64,000 nt of DNA from Balanoglossus misakiensis (Eukaryota > Animalia > Hemichordata): positions 6,274,202 to 6,338,201 of the forward strand of contig CM082588.2 in NCBI GenBank assembly GCA_040954595.2, written 5' to 3'. Under the pieces are notes generated by a model. The model saw nothing but the letters and a program-made list of their open reading frames with translations. It was not told where the DNA came from and made no database searches. A program made the position numbers and the translations under genes. Each line of letters starts with the position of its first letter. Within the stretch, counting starts at the first letter, position 1. This document shows positions 41,401 to 55,554 of the stretch, one piece after another.

Positions 41401-42765
41401 GTTTACTGTTTTGATTTGAATGTGACTTTATCTAAACATTTTTCACCTGGTTTTTTATCATTTCTCCAATAAACACCTGATAATAAAAAAACAATACAAT
41501 TAACATTCACACTGAAATATGAAAAGGTCGTAATAGAATGAAATAATAGTACAGTATATACCAGAATTTGAATGACTTATCTGTTTTTGAAAGATATTTC
41601 ATATTTTTGAGCAGTCTCTGTTAATTACCGTCCATGTGACATGTTTGATCAAATACTCCCATGATTTGCTGTATGCTAAAAGTACATGATGATGCATGTT
41701 TCAATCTGAAATAAATCCAGACATTTTCATTTCTATTTTGCTGTTATACATACAGGTGTTGTCAATGTTATTGATGTATACATGTACTATTTCTGCTTAT
41801 ACTTCCTGGCTAGCTCTTTGCAATCGGCTAGGGACTCGGCAGCATGGCTCTAATAGCATTACAAACCAGTGAGGCTCATACACATCAACCTGTAGATATC
41901 TAATGCTTTTATTCAGCGCTAAGGGAAAATCACACTAGCAAACGTAATACAGAAGCTCTTTCACTACAGTTGCAGTGAGAATACATCATTGTATTCTCCA
42001 TCGCCCGAGGGCCACTTTGGGGCTGAAACACCGTCAAGACTGTTACGCACAGAACAGTTCCAATTATGCTCGCATGCTCGAGGGGAAACACACGCTCAAT
42101 GGTGAAGCATTAAGGTGCGCATCTTCGGCGATGATTATTCCCGTGTTTCGCCCTCTGACATCACAATCAGGGCCTTTGGAGGATTCGAGTCGAACATTAT
42201 CCATTTGAATGTTCAGCCGCAGAGGAAGGAAACTGTATACATGCAGTGGAGCTCTCAGAGCAAATATTAAAAAAGATCAGACTTCAAGCAAAATTTCTGA
42301 CAACACCGCTGTGAATAAACATAGCATATTGAATGTTTATCACTAGCTACATCGTCTCAAGTGTTATCTCAGGAGAGAGTGAATTATCATCATTGGATTA
42401 CACTGATAACAATGCTGTACACACACATGAATAAGTTGTAATCTTCAGCTAACTATATACTACAATTTAGTACAAAACAGTGCGACGTAAATCATGACCA
42501 ACTTCTTTCAAACTTGACAGGTGTATCTCACGTTTAAATTCTAATCTGCTGTAAACTCCCAATTGGAAACTGTCTCGCTATTCCCATCAGGAGGACAGAG
42601 ATGAATAAGATTGTCAGCTGTCTGTCAAAATACATCTTGGAGAAAATTCAATTTTCTAGGAGAATAAATGTGTTAAATATTTTATATCATATTGCTTGGA
42701 ACCATTCTGAATAATTAATGGAGGATCTGAATCCTTCTTGGGCTTTGCTTTTAATAAATGAAGGA

Positions 42766-42768
<3 letters not shown>

Positions 42769-42856
<88 letters not shown>
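42769..42856. repeat. (ATC)n microsatellite, ~29 units
   Basis: Directly visible; explains the poly-M/D/S ORFs. Confidence 0.98.
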
Positions 42857-45800
42857 CCAATAACAAGTCCACAGTTACAGCAGCAAGGCAATAACACCCA
42901 CACAAACACAACTAGCATGAAACTCATCCAAGAACACCTTGAAAATCTGCAGCTGCTTATTAAAATTCCCAAATCCCCCTGAACATCAGTCAAGTTCTAT
43001 ATAGATGAGAACAGGAAGTGAAAGCATCTTCATCATCTTCAATTCCCTAATCTGACTGATGATTTAATGAACAAGCAAACTGGAACAACCTTTCCTGATG
43101 TTACACAGTCATTCTGTCAATTCTCAAAGACAGCACACCTGTGTTTAGAACTTCAGAGAGCTAAGATGAGAGAGATGATATCCACCCGGGGTATACTTAA
43201 ATTGACATCATCTCGGCTCACATCCAGCTGCACATTTTATATGTTCATGGAGCTCCCTGGTGGCCATGTTAACTATACAGCTGTACTCTACAGAACATGT
43301 CTGAACGTATTAATGTTCATGTTAATCATCTAAGATTAGCAGATACATTTTCTGACAAATTGAAAAGAAATTCAGCTGAAATATTCATGGCAAAAACAAC
43401 CAATAGGCCAGGCCATAAATGTGACAATTTCTACATCTCCACAGCTATAATGCAACACTGTTTATCATTCTCCTTGAAACGCTTTTAACCACTGGCATTT
43501 TAATTGCGAAAATTCATCAAAATATTATATAGACACATCAATGTTGTGTAATTCTGCAAGTTATTCTCAACATTCTAAGAATGCTGATATATCATGTGGA
43601 CAAGATTTAACGACTTGTCAGAGAAAGCACACACACCTACAGCCGCAGTTTTATGACCAATCATTTTATATGGACGCTACTCCCAAGAAGTGTCCAAAAT
43701 TGATGATGGAAATTGGAGGATGAAATGGAATACGCAACTTTTAGGAGATGGGAGAGTTATCTGATAGTAAAATTTACATCCGGCTTTGAAATTTTATTGC
43801 TAGGGGCAAAATCCCATCACAGACAACTATCAAGGTGATTTCATTTTTTTATCTCATCGTACAACCAATGTTTGTCGGCTCTGATAAAACATTTGTCTGC
43901 GACCTACCCTAATTTTTCTCCAAATAACATATGCCCTCTACAGTCAACAACAGTAGTATCACATGACCAGACTATTCTATGCTGTATATTGATCAGTTAA
44001 ACCATGCTGACACCAACTTCACACAAGAACCAAAATCCAAAATGGCACCTGTGACTTCCTACAGTCAGATCATCAAGAAACACGTTTCTTTATCAATGGC
44101 CTAAGAGTATTAAATTGAGTAATCAGGTTTGACTGTTCCACTAGAAGACGATTTAGTTCCAATCTCGTCTTAATAGATCTCCATCTATTTTAAGAACTGT
44201 CCCCGAGACTTCAGTCTATTAGATTTAGATTGATGTGTTTACAACATTTAGTCCTCTGCCCGTGTCGATAGAATATTCCAATCACTTTTTTTCTATCGTG
44301 TCGTCGACATTATCTCTAAATCATATTGCCACAGACACGTGTATATCCCGAGGGTTATAAGGTCTAGATGGAAATCATCAAATAACAATTTCTACTTTAT
44401 CTTCTCTGTTCAAGGATTAAACTTTCCGCCATATTATCAAGTCCATGCTGTGATGATTTTGATACCATATTTCATCTTGTTACAAACATATTTACCTCAT
44501 TTCATCATAAATTTCTCATTGACAATATCTTGGTGTGAATATTTCACTCCATTATAAATGATGTATTCATTTTTCTTTTAAATACTGGTCCATTTGGAAT
44601 TTACAGGACATCCATAGAAGAGTACTGTAGTGTGTACAATACAGTATCAGTTAGCACACACAACTTTTCAGCCTCTAAAGGAGGCAATGGACTACAAAAT
44701 GCCACATTGCAAGCAGTTAAGCATCAGTGATCATTATAGAAACTAGTACACTGCAATGTACGACTTTGCACAATGCAGTTATTAATATAATACTATGGAA
44801 AGACTGTATATGTACGATCCATCGCTAGTATTCATAAAGGTTTAAAGACATACGCAGAATCTAAATAATCCTGAAAGTATAAAATTTTGTCAAAGAAATC
44901 CAATTTTGATATACCCATAAGGGGAACAAGATATAAGAGATCATCGTCATGGCATTTATCAGGAGTCACAGCGAACAAAAAGTCAGTAATGGGGTCACGG
45001 TGATTTGAAACCAGGAGATCTTCCGACTTTCAAAAATCAATACACGTCTGACATCTTTCAACTTTTGATTTCTTTGCCTTGCCGCTAACTACAAAAAAAA
45101 AGAAAATGTCTTGCATGTATGGATTTTACAGTGAAAGTTTTAATATTTAAATTGTAAGTCCTAGAAGACATACTGGTACACTGCATCAGTCTTTGCAATA
45201 ATTGGCAATATTAATTGCAAATTTTGAATTTTAATTTCAATTTTAGATTTTCTGTAGCTTCATAGTAACAGTGATTGGCATAGGTGACGGCGTTCATGAG
45301 TTTCAGACAATTTTGCGTCGGTTTACTCAGACATATCGCCCAGGGTAATAGCCACCATGGGGGGAAATTCATTAACGAAATGGAGATCTCGTATCGATAG
45401 AGTGATAATGTACTAGCTGCCAAGGAGTGATGCATTGCAGGTTTGTGTCCGTCTGGTAAATTGGCTCCCATATATCGAGATGCGTCTGAGTACCATCTAG
45501 AATAGTGAAATTTTCAATTTTGCCAAATGGAAATCACCATTTTTTCATTTTTTGACAAACACAAGAACAAACCTTAATGTCTGAATCATTCAAGCATATG
45601 CCTAAAAAAATAAATTCTCAGGGCCTATGACTATAGGTGATTCCAATGAATTCATTACATAATATCAGAAATTAGTCTCTCATTTATGACAATGGCATAA
45701 AAAAAACTAATTAATTACCTCAATTACCTAAGATTAACAAACCGTACACCTACATACTTGAATACAATAGCCAAGAATCTCATTACTGTCAGTTAAAACA

Positions 45801-48800
45801 AGCTGGCATTCCCCTCTGCATACTAAACTCAGTTCCCTGCGGCGAAAACTAAACCAAAACACTTTGGAAACCATGATTGACAATCTTGACACACATGTAC
45901 GTAATTATTTTATCCCTGTCAATACGTAAATCAGTCCACATTGAGTTATGAAAATGATAGAATGAAAATTTGCATTCCGTGGTATTTCATCAGCATGACG
46001 AAATGGTCTACGGGGAAAAATCTTCGGAAATATATGCGGCAATGCCTCCATAATGATGTTTCTGCATCGAGCGTTGTTTGCTTCAATTCTTCAGTGCGGT
46101 TGAAGTTGAATTCGAATCTAATTTCCTCGGTAATCCAATTAAAACCCAAGCTCATTCTCCAGACACAATACGATCTCGTACGGCGATACGCAACTGATGA
46201 GGGACACACGGACGTGCTCACAGAAATATCAATCTAATTTCGACAGTCCGAGGCTCACAGTCATTAGTTTTATAGGTGGCTGGCTCATTTCGATGCATTG
46301 GATTGGCTGTTGCCATGGTGTTTATACGCATCATGTCGGCAGTAAAATGCATCCAAGAGGTCATGACCTTTTCTGCATTCACAAAAATGGCCGATGTGTC
46401 GCACTTGTCAACGAATTTCTGGTGCAACTTGAATTCAACGGTGTTCCCATAATGCAACGTCAACTATATTTCCATGGCGACTCTAACAGGTTGCTGAAAT
46501 TTTCATGATACACCTTTGAAACAAAAGATACAAATTTCAGAAAACTTAAATAGCCTCAATCACTTCGAGGTTCTTACAAACAGAAACAGACCAGTGCATT
46601 TTATTTCTTAAGTTTCTTTGTAGTAATTAACACAATCTCTGGAGTGGTCAGTTGAATTCGGAGCACTTCATTCTAATGTTCAACAAATTAATGGTAAATC
46701 TTGGAATTCTAAAGAAACATTCACAATTCACTTCTTGACGCAATTGTTCATCCAATCCATTATGCTACAAAAACCAGTTTCTCTAATTCAATTGTCTCTA
46801 GGTCAATTTCCCTGAAGCTTTGAAATCAGGTAATTGTCTTTGTTGACCAACTTGTGACCATCTCGCCCCAGTATGGTGCTAGTACGGCCAGGAAATTCAA
46901 ACGGACAATGGTCAGCAGTTGTGTGCATCCTCTGCATAAAACATTGAATATGTCACACTCATGATGTTTTTGTACCGGTACAATTATAGAGTATTTGAAC
47001 GTACGGCCCAAATCAGAGGTGACAATATTTGCAAAGATCACCAAGGAACAAAGGGCCAACTCTCCAACGTAACATGTGATTGCCAGCTATTGTTACCAAT
47101 CCACAGTAGCCATTCTGATCTGTACTCTTAACAACAGAACAAAGCCCGAGAGAATGAAGTCATTGTTATGCCAGTGAACCGGCGTGTCAGTGGACGATAC
47201 CAGATACGGCTTCTCGTGGACGCCCCACTTAACGGCCGGTGTTTCTTTTAGTTTGGGACAATTAAAATATGGATACAAGAAAGCAGCCATAATGAAGTGC
47301 TGTGCATATGTACACGTACATGCAGAGTTTTAAGAAAATCTAAACAGAAAAAAATGAAAATCATCTCTTAAAGAATTAATAGGGGCTATAAAGAAATTTT
47401 GCAATTAGAAAATACATTTGAAGACACCATATAAGGTTGATGAGCAGAAGATTAGAAAACAAAATGGCATGTTTTCGAAAAACCTGCAATTCAATATATA
47501 ATTGAGAAATGCAATTATCATGGTCAAGGATAGTATTGTTGACAATAACAAGCATACCTGTAATTAATCCATTTACAAATGGGCAAAAGGTCAATGTCTT
47601 GGTGAACTATAATTTTGCATCAAAATAGCTGATGACGTGTTTGTTATAAAATAAACTTGGAAAGACCGATCAAAATTCAACGGTGCTAAGGTGATTTTCA
47701 TTTTGGCAATATTGTTTCTAAATGTGACATCAAAAGCAAAATTGTTCAATGGTTCATCTAGAACTCAACGCACTCTCTCATCGCTGGGGGGATTGAAAAT
47801 CTTATTCAGAGTACAAGATGGGTGGAAAAGCTCAGACGAGTCCGTCAGGCACAGGGCTCTAACAGAAGACACCAACTCATATTTAATGTGTATGGATTTC
47901 CAGAGAAAACAGATTGTATATCTCCTGATTCATAGCAGGGATGTTGCGTGCAATTCGCCGATCTGCACAGACCGTACAAACATACGATGATGCGATCATT
48001 TCGTGCATAAATCATGTCAATCTCCAGCAGCTGAAACATGCACGATAGATTAAACTGTCAACAGTGAAACCACAAAAGATGAATTACGTATACACAGCAA
48101 GATTTTTTATCTCTTTGTACTTTTCAATGACTGAGTCAGGATTTACGTTCAAAAAGTACATCTGTGGGGTCGCGTCGTATGTTACCAACAATACTGAAAT
48201 ACACCAGAGACTCATTCTGCATGCAATCAACTGTGAATATTGGATCGCTCTTTATGCAGCAATTTTCGAAGCATTATTTTCTCTTTATATATATATATCA
48301 TTTCTAAATACTTAATTTCCCTGTTTTGGCCATATACAAAACACCAATTCAGACTTTTCACAAATAAACAGGTGCCTCAGCCACTGTTGCAATGGTTCGT
48401 AAAAATACATCAAAGCATCCTCTGTGACTAAACTCGCAAATCATCATCTCCCAGGCACATTTCAAAATCTCTTTACAGCGAAAACACTCCTCGCATGAAC
48501 GACTTCACGAATAGCCAGTTTCCCCTCAAATTACACTTTCATCGTAGTATATATTCAGGGCAGTGTAAACTTTTCCTGTAATCTTTTTTTTCTCCCCGGC
48601 GATATTACTAAGATGACGCCTGTCCCCTCCCAGTTAACCTGACCTCTGACCTCTGTCATTTTCCTTTGCCTTCTTAATAAAAAGATGTGCCTCCAAATGC
48701 AAAGCCTGTTACTTAGCAACAGACACTTCCCATTTGATGACCAATGATGGATGAGGAAAAAAATCATTTTTTAATCGCTGCACCGCGTGCTTGGGGTTGC

Positions 48801-50138
48801 CTTCATAAAAGAGAAAATGTCACTGTCACTTAAGAGATATTGCTTCAAACGGGAAAACAGGAATGCCGCGTGATGATACCTTGCATTTTAAATCTTTAAT
48901 AGCTTCCAGGAATAACCTTTGACATGACCTATGACCTACGACCTATCCAATTTCTGCAAATAAATTGAGCATCAAATTTTTTAAGGCGTGACAGCCCTGA
49001 ACTTGAAAGGTTGGCAGTTATTTTAATATCTCATGAACAGCACTACCAACTGACCATGAAAAAATAATTGCCTTTTTCCTTGAAATTGATTTTATACAAG
49101 AAATTACCATCTTCTCTGTTGAGCCAAATGAACGATGTGAAATTGGCTTGAAAATTACCTGACTGATGAGTCCATTAGCACACGTAAAATGATACTGGTG
49201 CATACGTACAAACCTTATTCAAGCACTGGCTTATATTTTGGCTTTACATGACTGCATCCATGCTCAATATTTTGTTTGAACATCTTAGTTTTTTGCACTT
49301 TGGAACAAAAACATAATCCTATTACTGAACAGGGCTCTGAGAAATTCTTGTAAGAGTGAACAATAACCAATTAATCAAGCGTTTGATTGTAGAAATATTT
49401 CAACAATCTAAAAGGAATTCTCCTTCAAAGAGTCATACAACTCAAGCACCTGTAGAAAATAATGCTCTGCAATCAAATGCTTTTTAACAAAAACTTATGA
49501 ATACTACATTTGTTCGATATGCAGGCATAAAATTCCTCTTTACAGAAAACAATGGACATCACATGTGTAGAAATTGCAGCTATGCAGGTTGAAATGTACT
49601 ATTAATGAAATGAAAACAATAATAGAGGTATGACAGAAGCTGCTATCTCGAGAAACTCAGAACCTGGAGGAGATGGGTACCTCCATTAATGGGTACATGG
49701 GCGCAAGTATAATCTACAAGGAAGCTATAGTCTAGAACTTTAAGTAGGTCAGGTTTTTGCCCAGCTGCATGTTATTAGCCAAAATGTTTTCATATACGCC
49801 TCTGAAATTGATGTACTCGTAAGCACCTGAAAATTCTACGCACAATTTATCAAAGACACCAGCTTTTCAACAAAATTGATGAAGTCCCTCCATCCATATT
49901 TCATAGAGACCATCAAATTGATGTCTCAATAGGGAATACTCTACACGTACACACAGACACTCAATAAACAGAATTAATTCAATTATGGAAATTAAAGAGG
50001 AAATTTAGGTGATTTCTTCGGGCTAGGCATTTATTTTTCCCAGAACTAGACTTGTTTATGGTTCTATACACAATTCACAACCAATGGCATTCTCCATAGC
50101 TCACTGACAAACTGTGTTTATTAAATTGCAATCACATT

Positions 50139-50366
50139 TACAGTGAAACCTGTTATTACGGACACTTCTCTAATCAGGACACCTCTCTATTACGGACAGA
50201 TTTTACAAGACAAAAGTCATGGTTTAAAAAGAATATTATATCTCTCTATAAAGGACAGATTTTCTGGTCCCAGACAAGTTTCAGAGTACCCCTCAGCACT
50301 GGAAATATTCCACAAGATTTGAGGTATATGTACATCACTGATGCAAGTCAACAGGTTTGACTTGTA
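50139..50366. mobile_element. Tc1/pogo-like MITE
   Basis: TA-CAGTGAAACCTGTT left end, AACAGGTTTGACTTG-TA right end, internal TATTACGGACA repeats. Confidence 0.6.
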
Positions 50367-51426
50367 CCGTCACCATGGCAACAGCCCCACAGCTTCATTT
50401 CAGATTTGACCAACTTAAGTTCATATCAATAATGTTTGCCCTTGCAATAATACTCAGAGATTTTAATCCATTAATACTGATAATAAGTTTCATGTAGCAT
50501 TTTTAAAAATATTTTTGTGTGAACAAGCAATCAGCAAATAGAGGCACAATTTATTTTTCATTTAAAAAAGTTGTATTAAATGATTACATTCGGAAACATC
50601 CATTATCGATGCACTTAAAATATCATAGCGATGGAAAATTGATTGCATAATCTCATAGGTGGATCAACAGCTGTCACTTGAACTGCAAGTGTTATAAAAA
50701 AATTCTCATCAATAAAAACGATTACTACAAAATCAATATCCGGAGTTTGTGCAATTTCACACACCATGGAAACATAAAATTCCAAGCCATATTGACTCTT
50801 CATTGACAATGCAATTATTCAGCCATTGTTTTTGAATTCACATTTTTTATGTTTACAAAGCGTAATTTTGGGGTTATGTAATCCTGAAACAATGGCTAAA
50901 ATAATTGTGTGCATACCACTTCAAATATTCAATATTTAGAATTTAAAAAACAATTTATATTATAGGTTTACAGGTACTCAGAGAGTAGAATTTGGCAAAG
51001 TATGCAGCTGACCAATAAAAATTCTGCATTTCGGGATTTAGCATAAACAAGTACTAGAAACATATTTTGCTTCTCGCTGGATTGATTAAAAACGCAAAGT
51101 ACATTTTTCGGTTTATGCAGCCGGCAAATGTTAAGTTTAGTATCTGTGACAAATGCATATAAAAGGACGAGTTGCCACAAATAGCTGATGTCACACAATG
51201 TTCCTACAAAGCCCTTTGATGGTTTCTATTATAAACAGAGCTCTAATGATAAACATATAAACTATAATACCATCCACAATTCAAATATGTTTGAGGCAAC
51301 AGATGGGGCAATTTACTGTGGAGTAAAGGTACCTCATGATCTATACTGTCACTGGATACCATCAAACACTGACGAGAAAAATATAAAAGTGATGTCATGA
51401 ATCCATACCTAATCCATATTAGCACT

Positions 51427-51562
51427 TTCATTCATTCATTCATTCATTCATTCATTCATTCATTCATTCATTCATTCATTCATTCATTTATTTATTTATT
51501 TATTCATTCATTCATTCATTCATTCATTCATTCATTCATTCATTCATTCATTCATTCATTCA
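51427..51562. repeat. (TTCA)n microsatellite with (TTTA)n interruption
   Basis: Directly visible. Confidence 0.98.
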
Positions 51563-53399
51563 ATTGAGTAACGAAGGTTCAGCTAAATTATAAGTAGTTG
51601 GAAATGTTTTATAAGTTAAGTGGGCAGTTTGTTGCTTTGTGGAAGGGTTTGGTTTAAATGCGCAATCAAAAAAGGCAAAGTCCAGGATATGAGTGATTCC
51701 AAAGTTATTTCATTGAGAATATTTTTTTTTTAGTTTCTTAGTATTCTTATGGTATACAAGAAGACCGGAAAATGCAAAATGGGTCACACATTGTCCTACT
51801 CATTCTAATGATTCTATACATGTATTTACCAATTCAAATATAATGCCCTATTTATAGAACACATTGACCTGCATTTTAATAAATACTGGTAGGTGTGCAC
51901 ACAAGTATGACCGGGCCTGGATCAGTCAAGAATTTGACAAATTGAAAAAAAAATCAACACTGTACAGTGATTTCAGTTCTATTCCATACCTAGATTTCAA
52001 CAAAATTTGTAATTTATATAAAATCATGTGAATTATTGAAATTCCCATTAACTTATAATTTTTTATATTTGGTTGAAATCCACCTTGACAAAGGGTCAAA
52101 GGTCAAACCAATTAGGATATGTACATCTAATGGAAAATGTGTTAGCTACATAATTCATGTTGCAGCCTTGCATGTTGATAGTAACATGAATTTAAAATGT
52201 AAACTTTTCAGGTTCTAAAGCAATGAGTTTCAACCTATCCCAGAATGCACCAAACTATATATATGGTTTCTTTTGCAGGAGTTGCATTAGATTTTTTTCA
52301 GATTTTATGCAAAGTTTCAATTTTTCCTAAAAATCCCTACTCAGATCTGTGGTGTTGTAAACATTTTCAGACAGACTTACTATTTGGAGTTATTTCATCA
52401 TTGAATAGAAACCTCAGGTCACATGACTAAACCACATGATACTAGTATAGCTCTATAGTATAATTCACATTTAAAAAAAAAAACTTTTCTATGGGCATGT
52501 TATGTGCTGTGGTGTTGGTTCATTTTTTTACTGACTAACACTCCTACATTTTATTTGTCCATAGTGAATTGTGAGAGTAAATTGTTTGCGCTTTTCTTAA
52601 AGCAGTTTTCTTTAGCCCATCAAATGATGATTTATTGACCAAACACTAACAAAGGTGTCTCGTATGAATTCTATTCGGCAAAGGCACAAAGCTATAAATA
52701 TTTCACTCTGATCAAAGGAAATCAGCAAATGCGAGAGAAACTTTAGAAACTGCCAAAAAAAGCAACAACATATACGTCATCATCGATCACGGCGGGGATG
52801 CGTTGACCTATGAAATGTACATGAAATATACATGACTTAATCAATTTCAATGACAATGGCCGAAAGCGATCCATCTGTCACCGTAAGTTGACATTGATAT
52901 TAAGCCAGGGGCTCTTCAGTAAACAGGTTTTATTTCGGTACAAACAGGCCTGGATGGATTAGTAATGCAGTACCGGACTTCATCAATGAGAATTGAGATC
53001 ACCTTGGTCAACAATCGCATTCTTTAGTTTGTTTTGGTCGACTGTTTACCAACACTGAAAGAAAAACAGCTCATCTACGATCTAGCAAATTGAAATGTCT
53101 ACTTTTTTTAGACGGGTCACTTCACATCTGAAGTGCCCGCATGGAAGAATGTAAAATGGGTCACCCCTCCCAACCGCCCAGAAGGTATACACACGTTCGT
53201 AAATTGTTCAGTGGGCAATTGGCTCGCGTCCAAAAACAACGGGTTGTGGCCTGCCCTCGATAAATTTGGCGATCTTTTAAGGGATTTGTCGTACGTGCCG
53301 ATGTTATGATACGATCTTTGATCTACAGTGTCAAAATAAACATACATTGTATTAGATCTGTACATCTATTTTCCACTGTGCGTTTGGACTACATATAAA

Positions 53400-54950
53400 A
53401 CACGTATGTATGTACCCAGGTCTGTGCTAAGCGCAGCGTGTAACCAGCGTAACTTACACAGTAGCAGTACAATATCATGTACATTTCCTGCTGGGAACCC
53501 GGTATTTAACTGATCGCTGGCATAAACCTGGGTACATAAATAATGAAAGTTTACTTTCACGAGTGATCTGTAAGCGCACGCAAGCAAGCTTTCACACGTC
53601 GCCTTAAAACAAAAGAAAACATAGCGGATCTAATCATGATTAACCATTGTTAATTATTCCGTCTGGCGACGCGCGGTGCGTTGCTTAGCGTGCACAGACA
53701 AAAGATCGCGCGGAGAGTGTGACAGAAAACTGGCTTCAATTTTTTTTATTCACCTACCTGACTTGTTCTTGATAATGCGGCCAAACTTGGCGGCTTCGTG
53801 AGCATCAAGGCTTGAATCATAATAGTGCGCCGGTGGTTTGTAAGGGGACGAATGTCCAGTGTTATTCTCCCCGCTTGCCATATTGTTGTTATTAGTAAAG
53901 CGTATTTTTCCTCATCACAACGCTGTGCCTGGTATCAGATCCGTAAACCGATGAAATTCCCGCGGATTTTTTTTTTGAAGCGACGAAATCGCTGAACTGC
54001 AGAAGGCGAGGCGATATTCAGCTGATCTTCAGAGGGTGTGTTGTATAGATCGGAAGTAAGTCAAGGTAAAGATCCGCCTCGTATAACGCCACAATGAGTA
54101 TACACCACGTACGTCCGATCGTATCTACGTCCTAGCGTATAGGCTATTGTGTTGAAAGTGATTTGAATGGGAGCTGAAATCTACATCACAGATACACGCG
54201 TGTACGCGTACGCGCACAATAAAAGTGGCAAAACATTTATAAACAACACCTAATTTTTGTCATATGCCCGTTAAATACTCCCTCCCTGTCTGATAATAAA
54301 CTTAATATTGAACACCGGACGACTTCTCAGCGAAAATTCTAAATTGATGTCCATTTCACGTTCACTGGGATCACCGCGCTTTACAAATTTATTTCAATCA
54401 CCATTGTGATGCATATTTGGGAGAAACCATTATTCTCAAACTGAAGCGGCCGTGCAACGTTGCTGGGAAGCCTGTACATATTGAAAACCGCATGTTAGCA
54501 ATCCTAGACAATTCATTTTCGCATGAATATCTTTCCACAAAGAAGTCTAACGAGAAATGTGCACGGTTTCAATTCCTTGCCCCTTTCATTGCAACCCCAG
54601 CAAAATCAGAGAGTTCCTAATCACGTGGTTCCTTTTTTCTTACAGGTGTTTCAAGGTCAACTTTGTTTTGTAGCCGACCTCCGGGGACGCGAGGGGGCGC
54701 TGACCTTTTTTCAACTCGTATACAGCCGCGAATAAATCACCAAGTTCGCACAAGAAAACAAGACGGGTGCTTTTTTCTCCCCCCGAACAGCATATTTGAG
54801 TTGCCTCGGCCACGCGCCTAGGCACTGCGCTGTTCGTCTATAATCTTTCAACGTCACTATCTGATAGAAAATTTGCACGTACATGTACCTGGGATTTAGG
54901 AATCCCTACACTTACATGGTAACAGTCACGCGCAAATAAAAATTTGGCTC
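53400..54950 (-). promoter_or_regulatory. CpG-rich promoter/5' region of the dystrophin-family gene
   Basis: Visible CpG and CGCG enrichment around exon 1; ETS-like CGGAAGT at 54051; ACGCGT repeats near 54195; CTCF-like site near 54690. Confidence 0.6.
53758..53881 (-). CDS. DMD: Dystrophin/utrophin-family gene, first coding exon (MASGENNTGHSSPYKPPAHYYDSSLDAHEAAKFGRIIKNKS + G)
   Basis: ATG in AACAATATGG context, 124 bp open frame, donor CAG|GTAGGT in phase 1, matching the exon at 8638 (G+AC = Asp). FGRIIKNKS|DE aligns with utrophin FSDIIKSRS|DE. Lies in a CpG-rich region. Confidence 0.85.
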
Positions 54951-55554
54951 AAAACAAGATTAATCAATCTGTGCTTCAATACCCTCCACTGCTTATTTCA
55001 AATTCGTTTGTTTGAAAAAGTATGATTTATATTGCAGTTGTGAACTTTGAGTTCCATCCAAAATAGTCTGAAACTTTTTTTTTCTCTTTCGTAGGATGTG
55101 TAAGGGTGGATTTACCGAATGACTTCGCACACAGACAACCATCCTCACACTTTTCAAAGACACAGCATTGAAAAGATAACTTCTGATGAATAAATAAAAC
55201 AACTTGAGACATCTCTTGACATATAAAAACATTTCTTTCATTTGCAGTAAGGTGCAATTTATCATACAGAATACACAGTAGAAAAAATATCACTACAAAT
55301 AGTTATGGATCAGAAAAATAATAGTAAATTTCATTGATTATTTATAAATACAGACTGGGTAGAGCCAGGATATTAATTTCAAATTTTACTGATTTTGGTA
55401 ACATCTACCAGTCGAAATATGTTTTGAAGTACAAGCACTCTCTTTTGCAGATCATTTATATGTACAATACATCAGGTATAAACAGCACTGGGATCTGGAA
55501 TAAGAATATTGAACTGTACACTAATGCATGTGATTAAGGTCAAGAAGGCGTGTT

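Larger units (their letters stand above)
8639..53757 (-). other. ~45 kb first intron of the dystrophin-family gene
   Basis: GT...AG boundaries between phase-compatible exons; no convincing nested coding gene seen. Confidence 0.8.

Noticed and set aside
42687-42993. ORFs with poly-Met, poly-Asp and poly-Ser
   Set aside because: Translations of the (ATC)n microsatellite.
47427-47436. Perfect CArG box CCATATAAGG (the vertebrate muscle DMD promoter has one)
   Set aside because: Several are expected by chance in 64 kb of AT-rich DNA, and it is not adjacent to a candidate exon.
53770-53810. DAHEAAKFG resembles an ankyrin-repeat motif
   Set aside because: The exon splices in phase to a dystrophin CH-domain exon and matches the utrophin N-terminus better.
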